Assembly (NCBI GenBank): GCA_030141605.1
Contig: JAQGDQ010000148.1
Location: 62,001 to 126,000, forward strand
Length of the DNA stretch: 64,000 nucleotides
Reading direction: 5' to 3'
Origin: Tubiluchus corallicola
Lineage: Eukaryota; Animalia; Priapulida
In this document: positions 15,001-27,500 of the stretch, one piece after another
Layout of the letters: each line of letters begins with the position of its first letter
Position numbering within the stretch: the stretch's first letter is position 1
Position numbers and translations under genes: made by a program
The notes under the pieces: generated by a model
Database searches by the model: none
What the model was told of the DNA's origin: nothing
What the model saw: only the letters and a program-made list of their open reading frames with translations

Positions 15001-18000
15001 CTAATGCAAAATATGCAGACCTTCATTGTTTTGTAAGTTCACAATTAGTACATGTCTTGCTTTGCAATTTCAATTTCGGAAACCCATGTGCACTGTTGTG
15101 GTATAGTGTAATTAGTGGCTATCTCCACAGCGCAATATAAGCTTTCCTTGTATTGTATTCCGTTTCAGTTCAAGTTATTCTAATGTCATCCGTTATGCTA
15201 ATGTGCGTGGTGTAGTAACAGTGCAAAGTAGTATGGTTCGGCTGATTTAAAAAGAAGAAAGACATTGCGATTGGTATAATTTTGTATTTAAATTTAGAAT
15301 CCACAGCACAAAAGGTATTTTGCACAGCATCTTGATTAAATTGGTAAAAAGATGTGATTTCCCACATTAAGAGGTACACTAAGTGTTTATAATAATTCTA
15401 ATACCTACCAGCAACTCTTGGCGACAGCGATTTAAAAACTTAAGAATTTCTATTTTTACAGGCACAAATGTAATGCATTGCTTGCTTGTAGTGTGGTAGC
15501 AGTATAATGATTACATCTGCCAGTGATAGAATTTTATGACATTTAAAACGACGTTAAAATAACGAAAACTGTTGAAATCCCATCAAAGTGATATGAAGTT
15601 CTAAAGGAGGCTTAAAAATAAAAAATACAGCTCTCAGAGTCAGAGCTAAAGGTAACCTAATATAGTATGACCAGATAAAAACATTGTAATACACATATAA
15701 ATTCAACGCCGATTTTTACGTACTTATGATTTTGTTTATAAACGGATCTACAAGCTTTATAGACAGCAATGGGTGGACGTCACAAAACTGGGAAGCCGGG
15801 ATCCACCGTGACTTTAAACACTTCACATCTCTGGGATCCATCGCTGTCACGTGGCCTCGCTGATACTAGATACTGAAGTTGCATTTGTGCAGTAGCACTG
15901 CTAGTAAACATGTTATCGTCTCATACCGAGACCACAGCTTTCTGTGAACACGAGCAAAAACTGCATCCCTATTTGCAAATTATTCCATTCGCAAACAACA
16001 CGTCTTATTTGCAAACAAGGATTTTCATTTTAAAGCACAGAATTAGCATAAATTATGCGCCAGCTAAGCATTGCTCGAGGTTCCTAACAGGGAGGTGGAG
16101 CACCACGTGAGCTTGGAACACTCTAGTAACACTGTTTTATAGCATGATAATGTAGTTATGAACCTTAGATTGACTTGTTCCGAAGTCCAAGCAAAGCCGT
16201 TACAGGTGGTTACGAAAAAGCAAACAATACTAGAACGTGTAAAACGACACACCTCATAATCACAATAAGCACACGGACAACTCAAGTCTAAAATTAAAAG
16301 CAACAGACGGAAATTGTTACAGCAACACTGTTGAAGCCATTAATAAACAGACGCTCGTTCCACATGTTTCAACTCTGCAATGTATGATTTAATTAAACCA
16401 CGGAGACAGGTGTCGTCAGATCTTCACCGCAATGTAACGTTCACTTAATCATACAGTTTCAACTGACTGAATGACTGGCTAAAGTAATTGACTGAAAACT
16501 TCAGCGTTAAGTCTCGATAGAGCCATAAATTTTTACTAATCAGCAAATAAGATTGAGATAATTACATTGAGTGCATAGTTGTGAAAAGCTTGACGAAAGT
16601 GTTATCAGACATTCAGAAAGATTTTCTTCAAAAAGGAATTTAAAAAGTATTTAAAAAAATTTCGATAACACCATTTGTAATTCAATAAACAGAATAAAAT
16701 AACAAAAATTTACTGCTCGTTGGAGAATATATATATAGCTATTAACTTTTGTCAGTCAAGAATGAAACAACACGGATTTTTCCTCATCAGTAAAGCAAAT
16801 TTGTTAAAGAACTGAAAGTAAGACCCATTGAAGCTATAACAGCAAATGTTTATTTTAAAGCCAGCACGAATGTGCAAAACTCATAAAATGAAGCGAAACG
16901 TATTTGGTCAAATCGGCACAAAGTACGCTACTGACTTAAATGAGTCAATGCATCAAAGATTTTTTAAGCATTCACTAATAATAAATTATCACTATACAGC
17001 ACGTTTAAGCAAATGAGAGTCACATAACCAGTACAAGCAGAAGACACGGAAGAACTTTATTTCTGAAGAAGAGCTCAAGTTTTTCTCGTGCGCTTTCTAG
17101 CAGAACTACTAAACAAACGTGCTTAAGTTACCTAACAGCTGAATGTCATCGGTACAAGTAAACATAAACACGATCAAAATCTTAAGTACATCTAGCTAGA
17201 CGAAGCAGAGCAGTTTTAAAATGTTACAAGGTTGCATGGCACGCGTACGCGCTACCTGGGAGTAAGGAGAAACTAGCAACTGCGTGAGTGGTTTCATCTG
17301 GTTTCGAGTTTAACTCTGGTCCGCCGCTGTCGTAACCTGTCGTCAACGTTCGTCATATTGCGTCATTGCAATTAATCACTTCCGGGGATTAAAAAAATCG
17401 TCATCTGCGCACATGACGTGGGCTGCGCGTTTAGATGAAATATAGAACGGTAGCTCCTCCACGGTAAACACAAACCTGGCTAAGCAAATACCCTATTATC
17501 AATACGTAGTGTGATGTGATGTGGTCTCTACTGCCTTTTGTAGAATAAGTGGGACATGCGATAATGCAAACCCGTAAGCCCTGCCAGTTCAGAGGCCACA
17601 GCTTGATGGCAAAAGCGTTTTTTTTACAATTCATAAAACAGCTAGATTTTTTGCAAACAATTGGTAGAAAAAAACTTAAAGTTCAAGTTGAGCATTATAT
17701 TTTCTATTACAAATATTTTCTACATTCTGGCTAGTGTGAGTTCGGCTGAATGTTTAGCAAGATCAATTGGTAAGAATGTGCATCCATACGACTCACGAGC
17801 CCTACACGAACAGTAAACTGGCGATTCAAAATGTCTGCAGTAACACCTAAAAGTACAGACTGACGTTAAATAGACTACACTATAATTACAACAAAAGCAA
17901 CACCTTCATTTGTATTTGTATCCTTTTTATATCGTCTTGATCTAAATGAAATGAAATGTGTGTTTGAACAGTTGAGCTTTCACACTGAACAAATGGTCAA

Positions 18001-21000
18001 TCACACTATTAACATTCCTTTCGTTGTTGTTCTTTGGTTTCGTCCCTTTTAAGGCTTTGATTGGCGTCACTTCTACAATGCCCAGTGTGGAAGAAGAGGC
18101 TAGAGATGCGCAGCGAAATTTATTGTGTGCCTGCGATTAGTTGTTTCAGAAATTCAGAGAGTTGAGTCTGTATTCGAAAGAAAAAGTTGTGCGAACCATG
18201 GAAGTACAGCAAGATTATAAACGCGTCTTCAATTAAAAAGGAATTTCAAAACTGAATTTTAACAGAATTACTGCTCTAGCCACGAATAACAACCTTTGCT
18301 AACCTACCGTGAGTGTATTCAATATGACGTTGATAAGGCGACTTGCCAAGCCCAGATTTATTTATCATGATGTGCCAGTCCACTTTCTCGGCAGTGGTGT
18401 TCACCCGAGAAACCGTCCTGTCCGATCTTGGCCTCTTCTTCAAAAATGACGTCATATTAGCTGGAGCATACGTCAGAGACGAATCTCAAAGTATATCATA
18501 TATACAAATATTAAAAACCACTACGTACTACACGCATGCACGAGAAACGATCAGCGAAAAATTTGGAAAGTGTTCTTGGAGCTGTTCGCAAAGCAAATCC
18601 AAAGCAAACAAAACCGAGCAGCAACGAAATTTTTCTTCTTTCACTTTTGTTTACATATTGTAATTGCATTTGTCGTCAAACAATCTTTTTTCTGCCACAC
18701 AATCATAGCAGTCCTACACACTAGAATTTTATAGGCCTTTACATTCAGTGGGCTACATTATTATGAGAAAAGTACTGCTAACACACAGACACAGAAAAAG
18801 AGCTGGGCCAATGCCAACATTTTACAACTTCAACTTCGCCATTGTAAAATATGCCCACTAGTGGAGTATAACATGAAACACTGCTAGACTTTGAACTTTA
18901 TATAGGACTTGACTTAGGAAGGTATGTAATTCACGTATTAACTGGCAAACAGGCACGTTTATAATTCAGCTCTACGTTTACAGATTATCACGCTGTCCAG
19001 TGTCTGACCAAAAGCAGATAATCAGGTTAATTTGTATTTATATGGCGTTTCAAGTACTACTTGAATAGATACCGCTCTTGACTTTGGTGGTAGTCTAAAA
19101 TCCAGTAAAGCAGCTCGCCTGTTTAAAATGCAAAAACTGGGACAAACGTGACCAGTCGAAGTTTCGCGTTATATTACATAGAGTTCACACACACAATTTG
19201 AGATTTTTGTAATTCGTTTGTTTCTAACAAAACGTAAAATGCTTTGTAAAACTGATTAAGGTTCTACTAATTGTTGAAATTGTTAAGCAGATGCACGTCA
19301 TTTGTCAAGTATTACTGCTTTGAATAATTAACTTAGAATTAAAAATGTGTTTTGGTAGTAAAGACGCCAGGTACCCTCACTATAATAACAGAGAAACCTA
19401 GTAAAAACGGAAAATTGAGAAGGCACGTATTTACGATATAAAAACAAGTCAAATAATAACAAATATTCTTTGATTTCTAGCTCTTTTAAGGTTTAATAAA
19501 GCTCGTATTTTTAAAATATAGTTTTAATTTTCTGGGGAATATTCAAATTCATTTCCCATAACCTCAAATCTAATAGCGAATTTTTCTCCGATAGATGGAA
19601 GCACGTTACAACTAGAAATCACAGAGGGCCAGTCATCATTCTTACAGAGCGGATGTGAAAGTGAAGACTTGTGTCACAGGTTGGTTTATTTTTGAGGTGG
19701 GATTTTCGGTGTCAGGTGATTTATCAACTGCCCTCGGCAACGAAGACGCGGTTCAGCCAGCTACTAAATACATTTACAAATTTATGTAATTCAGAATTGA
19801 TAATTTCGTCAGTTCAGCTGTTTTCGCATTAAGAAAATTTCTCATTTATGAAAAAACTTTGTTCTGCTGAGGAACTTATTGATGTACAAATTCCCCATTT
19901 TAGGCTTGGCGCAGCTATCTTAACAAACGATCGGTTTGTATGTATGTAGACATCCATAAACATTAGAGGCAACTTCCCCAAACTCGTATCCTAGATTCCC
20001 CAATTGCCTGAATGCTTTTTTTACACAAAAGATGACCTTAGGAGAATGTTTATTTAGGGAAGGCGTAGAGATGGTTAAAGAAAGAAGCTAAACAGTAGAT
20101 TGCCATAATAACAATGACACATTTTTTAAAGTTTACCTGAACAAACAGTGTAACGTTTAAAAGCACACAGTTTTGAACATCAGCAAAACATTGTAACATC
20201 GCAATGTTATTATAACACAGTTAGTAGTGTCACTAGATAATGTCGCTGTAGTAAGTTTTTCCCTGAAAAAGAGCCAGCGGTCAACCAGAGGGCTGTACCC
20301 AAATCGCTACAGGTGTGGATATTGTTGTTGTTGCTACGGGATGACCTGTTTGAGTCCATGAATTTACAATGGATCATCATGCAACTTCACACGATTATAC
20401 TAGAACAAATTCTGCATCGACTGATGGAGTCAGATTTTAGATCCGCCATATTAATTGAAATTGCTGACAATCATATCAATTTCGAAAAAAGCCTATGGCT
20501 CCGCAAATCTGCATTGATCTTTGTAGAAATATACTAGAATGAAGTCTAGATCGAATGATGAAGTTGAATTTTCAATCCGCCATTATCAATTAAAGATAGC
20601 GGCGAAAACGTAATTTTCAATAAAGTTTAAGGCTCCGCCAATTCGCACTGGTAATCATGACACTTTGCAAAATATATTAGAACGAATTCTCTGTCAACGA
20701 ATAGGTAGACTTGATCTGCCACCTTGAATCATTTTCAAAAAAAGTCAAAAGCTCTGCCAATTTGCAACGGATCGTCGTAAAACTCTATAGTAATATACTA
20801 AAATGAATTCAGCATAATTTGACAGAGTCGGATTTTCGATTTACCATCTTTTATTTAAGATGGCGGCATTGTAGTCATTTCTAATCCACGACCTTGATTG
20901 ATTTAAATTGTACAGGCAGCCGAATGACGAATGAATAAGCAATGTTATAGGCCTAGATATTTTTTATGCAATTAGAACTGTTGTGCATCTGCACGCTGTG

Positions 21001-21445
21001 ATTTATCACCGTAATCTACTTAATGTACGCAGAGTCGTGGAACAATATATTGAAATAGGAGCCTATTCACCACGGGTTCCTTGATAAAATACTCTGAGAT
21101 GGTAAACTCGCTCATCAGAGGTGCCTAAACTTGTAAACCACCAGTGCTTGCATGCGCATGTATGCTTCCTCGACGCAACAGACTACCAGACGAAACAGTA
21201 TTCCAATCTGTCACCTATCCAATTACTAACAATGCCCCGCAGGGCTTAACTTCGCGGCTAAGTACACACTGTGACCATAGAACTATAATTTCATTACCTT
21301 ATAACTATACTGTTTTGCCTGTCATAATGCAATGTCTGTTAATTACATGAATTTTCAAAAGTTGAGATAAAAACTGAAGATGACGGAAACTAAAAAATAC
21401 TTTCAGCTTCGGTTTCACACTTAAACCATATGTGCAGTGAAAGCT

Positions 21446-21484
<39 letters not shown>

Positions 21485-21488
21485 GAGA

Positions 21489-21526
<38 letters not shown>

Positions 21527-24500
21527 AACACAGAATATTTCACAAAAGTTACTCAATTGTAATGTTAATATTTATATCTATATCATAATTATTATCAGCT
21601 ATTATTGTTGTTTTATCAACTACTAGTAGTCAATTATAATGTCAAGTGCTTCGAGAAACGGTTTCTATTCGATTTCTTAACGTGTATACTATGGAGCAGC
21701 CGCACACGTAGTGATAGCCTTAGACCTTCAATATAAGTTTCTCATTACCTATTTTTTTGATAACAAAGTTTTGTTGTCAGAAAAACACGCAATGATGCGG
21801 CGCACACGCGACCAAAATAGAAATAATTTCTATTTTTCGAAAAAAAAAAGCGCGCGCTAGTATCGTACGGAACATGCGCGCCAACAGTGCAGCTGGAACA
21901 AGTTGTTTTAATTATTCCCAAAAGTCTAGCATGCCCCCTGATGTAGATGGGATACGCTTTTGACTCACTGAATCTCACTCATCAGACATCGAATTTTGTC
22001 AGACATTCAACACTACACAGCAACAGCACAAATTGTGTCAATAAAAACACTGCCAGCTGATCGATTCATAAGCGTTGCAACGGGCATATTCCTCGTAACT
22101 CCCATATGGTCTAGTGGTTAGGATTCGGCGCTCTCACCGCCGCGGCCCGGGTTCGATTCCCGGTGTGGGAATTTTTTTCCAATAACTTTCTTTTTTATAT
22201 CGGTGCTCTTTGAAAACCAAGTAAACCGTGACGTTCTGTACAGCATTAATTCTTAACTTCGTGAATTACTAACAGTTATTTCAAGGTGCTGACAACTACT
22301 AGAGGAAAGAGTCAGTATTAATGAATTTCAGAACACAATCAACGTTGTTCAAAAAAGTTCCATAATACAGAACTTAAACGGGAAAAAAAATATGGCAGTT
22401 TGATATATTTGTGATGCTTTCAGTTGCACCAATGCAAACATTTGGATCGTATCTAGCACAAAGGCAATGCTAGGTGCATATCGAGAATGTTTCGGCAGTA
22501 ATAGCAGTACATTTAAAAATTATATACTATTAACTATAATAGGTGCATATCGAGAATGTTTCGGCAGTAATAGCAGTACATTTAATAATTATATACTATT
22601 AACTATAATTACAACAACTACTTTAATAATTAGTAGTAATAACATTACTCTAAGTTTTTCTTCGTAAAATGTTAGCTAATGTATATTTTAAATAGCTTGT
22701 GTCTATTTAAATTTGGTCGTTCACCATTTTAAATATAATTTAAAATTATTACAACGTTGATTTTTAAATGTTATAATTTTATCAGTTTACATTCACAGGT
22801 TCAGTCTAACACAACAAAAAATTATCTCGGTCAATAGTGAACAAAGGGACGCAATCATTAGACAGGTCACAGATGCGACTACTGCTCGATATGAACTCAC
22901 AACTTTGTGGTCACTAGACACTTAGTTGGTGGTCAGTTTGCTCACAGAAGCTACTGCAACTCATTCTCAACTAGGTTATGTTTATGTAGAAAGTGGGCGT
23001 TCCAGGAATGATTCCAAATGATACAGCTGTTAAATCAACAATCGATTCAAAACACGGTCATGCTGTAGCAGCTAACGCCAGTCACTCTAATGTTAAATTA
23101 TCCCAAAGAAAATTCCTTTTTCTTTACGTTTGTGGAAATAAGAGAACGCAGTGTACCAACAGTCACTTTGGTATCATTAAATTATCCCCAAGTAAACACA
23201 AAATTCCATTTTCTTTGGGCCTCTAAAAGTGCAGAAACACAGTGTGCCAATCAGGCCCAGCTGTCGTAGCAACATCCTCAAAAGAAAAACCAAACCCTGA
23301 GTGTTTTATGAAATTAACTGCAAGGTATTTTCTTTCCATCCTGGGGTAATTCTCCGATCACATTCAAAAGAGAATCAAATTTTTTTGAATGCTTGAATTT
23401 TACTTCATTTATTTGGATGCTTTATTCCACTCAAATCTACATTATGTTTTGTGTACCCACACATCTTTACTGTGTCAATTACCCCCTCTTGTGTGGATCT
23501 CTTTCACTGCACAGATAAAAATCTGTAGTTAACATGTACGAATCTGTTAAAAGCCATGTACAGAAGTAAATGAAAACGTGCACTATGCACGTTTTAATAG
23601 TTTTTGTTTTGATTTAAGTAAGTTTTGTGCACGGTTTTCAGTTTACATTGCAAAACCAAAGTAGTCTTCAAACTTCTGTATAACAAAACAATGCGTTTCT
23701 TCATTCAACATGGATGGATTGGACTTCATTGAACATTTCAGCAAATCACCAGAAAGCAGGCATGAACCTTTTAGCTGGACTAATTCAGTATTTCTTAATA
23801 AGAGGGATTTCTTACTGGAACTTATTGTTAGGCTGAAATAAGACGTTTTCCAGAAACAGTGTTCTTTATAAGAAGTTTATAGTTTATACCGATATGAGAA
23901 ACTAACTTTGGGACACTGAATCAAATTTAGGTCAAGTGACGTAAGTTTAGCTACCCATTTTTACAGTTTATTTGGGTGATTAGATCAGCCCAAGGCAGAC
24001 CGGCTGCAAAATCAGCAGTGGTATTTACAGCTTGGTTTTGCGTTCCCAATCAAAATATAAGTTGAACGAAAATCCTAGTCTAAAGACTACCATAAACAAG
24101 GGGTGATCCATACATCATTGGTGGCTACATTCTCAAACGTTCTAATACTGGACGGTTAAGTAGCTAACAATATAAATTGAAAAAATAAATAAATCGAGAT
24201 AATCGTCCACAGAAAATTTTACTAAAAGGATCATTATTTGCATCAACTATGCAAAGAGAAGGCAAAAATTAATTCAGAATTTCTGAACGCAAAGATCAGG
24301 GAACAGGATATAGTGGAGCACCTTTTAATTTTAGCCACCTTCGCATGATAAATACTTGATAAAATTGACTTTAGTCTGAGCCACATGCTAAACCTGGTAG
24401 TTCATTTCATTTTTAAAACGTGTTTTCAAACCATTATTTCACAGAACTAATGGTGAACAATTTTTAAGTATTAAAACTAACAATAAAAGAATGCGAAAAG

Positions 24501-27500
24501 GCTTAGGGACACACAGTAAGCGCTACATTACAATTTCTAGTACAAACACCTCAAAATTCAGTCACTTGCATAAATAAAGCCAATGGACGATTGGGCATAG
24601 ATATATAAAGCCATAGCGTTTGTGCTTATACATATAAAATTGGAACAACCATTTGAACACCCCCAATTTTGCTTGTTTTCATCTTCCAAAAATAAAAAAG
24701 GTTTAACGATAAGAATCGTATTATTTGCTGAAAATTACAAAGGAACAAAGCATGTTAGACTTGTCAACAGATTCCACCTTACCTGCGGCAGCCTTGAATA
24801 TTGGCTTTGGTTCAGTTTCAGTTGCTTCAGCTTTATAGAAATATTGCTTGTACATCACTAGATAATTACGGTTGTAAAATTACAAATATGCATGAAAATA
24901 CTGAAATACTATTTGTTCACAAACTTGCACAAAGTTTAGCGCCCCTATGAGTTCGGAAAATCGTGCAAAAGAAACACTAGAGTTTTACAGAAACTCTTAT
25001 AGCATCTAGAAGTATCTCACTTTATCTACAGGAACATGTTCCTAAAAGTTTTGTCAAGAAAACACATGTTGAGGATAAAATCTGACGGTTCACCGCGTGA
25101 AACCATCTGGAATAGGATATAACTATTTTGCGCACTAATAGTGGAAACAAAACTAAGTTCAACACTGCTGCAACTGATGCGTGACTTGTAAACAGTGCTG
25201 TTGGCTTCGCCAATAATTTTAGTGACACTTGCTGCCATCTAGCCAAGAACTGTGAAACTACTTAGGTCATCATAATGGAACAGAATTGCATATCAGCATA
25301 GATTTTCTCGCTTCATTTAAACTCGGATTTGTACTTCACTAAATGTTATCGCTGCTTAGTTAAAAAGCTATAGTAGCCGAGACATTTCATCAATGGTGCT
25401 AGAAGTCGTGTATTATGCAGGATGCGGTAACATCTATGACAAGAGAAAGCAATATACTGGTGACTGCAAGTGGTCTGCTGGCAGACCTGTCTGCGCTGTT
25501 TTTAGACTAACCCAACCCCATAAAACAAAAACTTCTTTAGAGTACCAGATGACTTTAATGAAGTTAATGCTCCAAGATCATATAAACTTCTACAGTGCTA
25601 TTAGAGTGATGAGAAGACTTCTCTGCTAGCCGCAAGAGGCCAGCACTTGACCAGCTAGGCTAGATGATAGGGTATGAGGCGTCAGGAAAATCGGAACTGC
25701 TTTTTACAATAAGCTTTCGTTGCTCGGCAGATCAATATTCAGTTGAAAGAGCTGAATAAACCTGGAATAAAGGCACCGCTGAGTAATTACCATGACCCAG
25801 TTTCTAGCTGAGTGGGAAAACAAATTCAACTTTTTATTTGCACAAGTGACTACTGAATTTTTGTCGCTTTCTGCAGACGACATTGATGAGACCACCCTGC
25901 AGGCTCGTTCAGGGATTACAGCGACGAAAAATGAAGACGAAGACTGATGATGATATTGTCATTGTCACTGGTGTGGAAAATCATGCTCACTGCAATAATG
26001 ACAACGATACTCATGCAATCATAATGATAATAATTATAATGTTGTTGTTTATAATGACCATGATGTTGGTTAATGTTGGTGATGGTGACAGCAAATTTCA
26101 GCGACAATCTTGCAGTCTGCCTTTTCTGGTAAATTTTCTTGTAAAGATGAAGTACTTTCAAATACGAGTCCCGATTAAAGGTTGAAAATTGTTTTTAATT
26201 AAATTAAAATCAAGGAACGTACCTTATGGAACTCAAAGTTTACAATCGGCTTGATTGTAAACTTTGAGTTCTATAAAGGTACGTCTTTGATTTTAATTTC
26301 TGAGATTCTGAGATTCAGATTGGATCAGAAGACAGCGGATTACATTTAACTGAAATGAATATGACTTGATTATATCAGGAAAGTTAAAGTAGATGAAAGG
26401 ACGAAAACGAGAATCCATAAATCCTGTAAAGTTTTGCTGAATAAATGCTATAAAATATTTATCAATGCCTAAGCGGCAATCTACGTTACGGTTATCATAA
26501 ACCAGTTTTTTGCATCAGTACAAATACTTTAGCAATAAAACTATACAAAAATCATTCAATCTTTGAAAACTTTGCAATTTCTTCGGCTGATGGCAGCACA
26601 GTTCAATACGCAGTTGTGAATTATCTAGAACGAAGCGAAGGATTTAACAGATGGTATCAATTTTAAGTTTTAACAGCGTGACACATGATTGCTGTTAGAC
26701 ATTAGGAAGCTTCCGTAAAACAAGTCGGCCACGTGACACCATTACGTCAAAATTAAGACGTTTCTCGTTTTGCTTAATGTTTATTCTAGCAAAAATAAAT
26801 ATCTATTACATAACTGCAAATTTATCGAAATTAGCAAGAAAGTAAGACCAAAAAATTTAATAACACTGAAATGTTCTCATTGTTGCCATGGTGCCTCCAT
26901 ATCAAGAAACTGCTTTAATTTGTTGTGCAGTATAAGGTGGCTGAAAAGCAATCGGATGATCACAACAATATCGGGAATTTTTTGATATTTTTCAAGAAGT
27001 TTATACAGCAACACATGGATGGTTTAAATCTGCGAAGAATGCGGGTGCCTCCCTATATCATGAAAGCATCCTGGTTTTATAAAATGAAATCATCTCCGCT
27101 ATACCAGCAAAAAATAAAGGAATTTGAAAGCTTACTCCTTCTTTGCAACAATTATCCCTACGCCGATTTCTATAACACGTCCTCATTATACGTGATTTTC
27201 GCTGGAGAGTTTTGGATTTTCAGATCAAAAAGCAACAGTTCTTGTAGTATGAGTAAATAAGCTTTACACTCGACTACACGTTCCATCTGTCTCTTGTACA
27301 AATACTATACGTGGTTTTCACAGCAAATACAGGAGCGTGTACAGCAGTAGGTAGGTAGATAAATTTACTCAATTAATTAACAAGCCTATTATTTGCACTA
27401 AAAAGGTCGATTATTTTACCTATACCCCCATTTATGGGCGAACCAACTTATGTCCGGAGGAAAAGTTAGAAAGATAAATCACGAATCTAAATATAAACGA

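Noticed and set aside
15405-15520. Further donor-like sites tested as nesprin first exons (also ~19374, 20137, 21214, 21748, 23483, 27420, 30591)
   Set aside because: The phase-1 frames hit stop codons or have no ATG.
22471-22608. Direct repeats as a possible CRISPR array
   Set aside because: Two contiguous 69-bp copies with no spacers, in a eukaryotic context with no cas genes.
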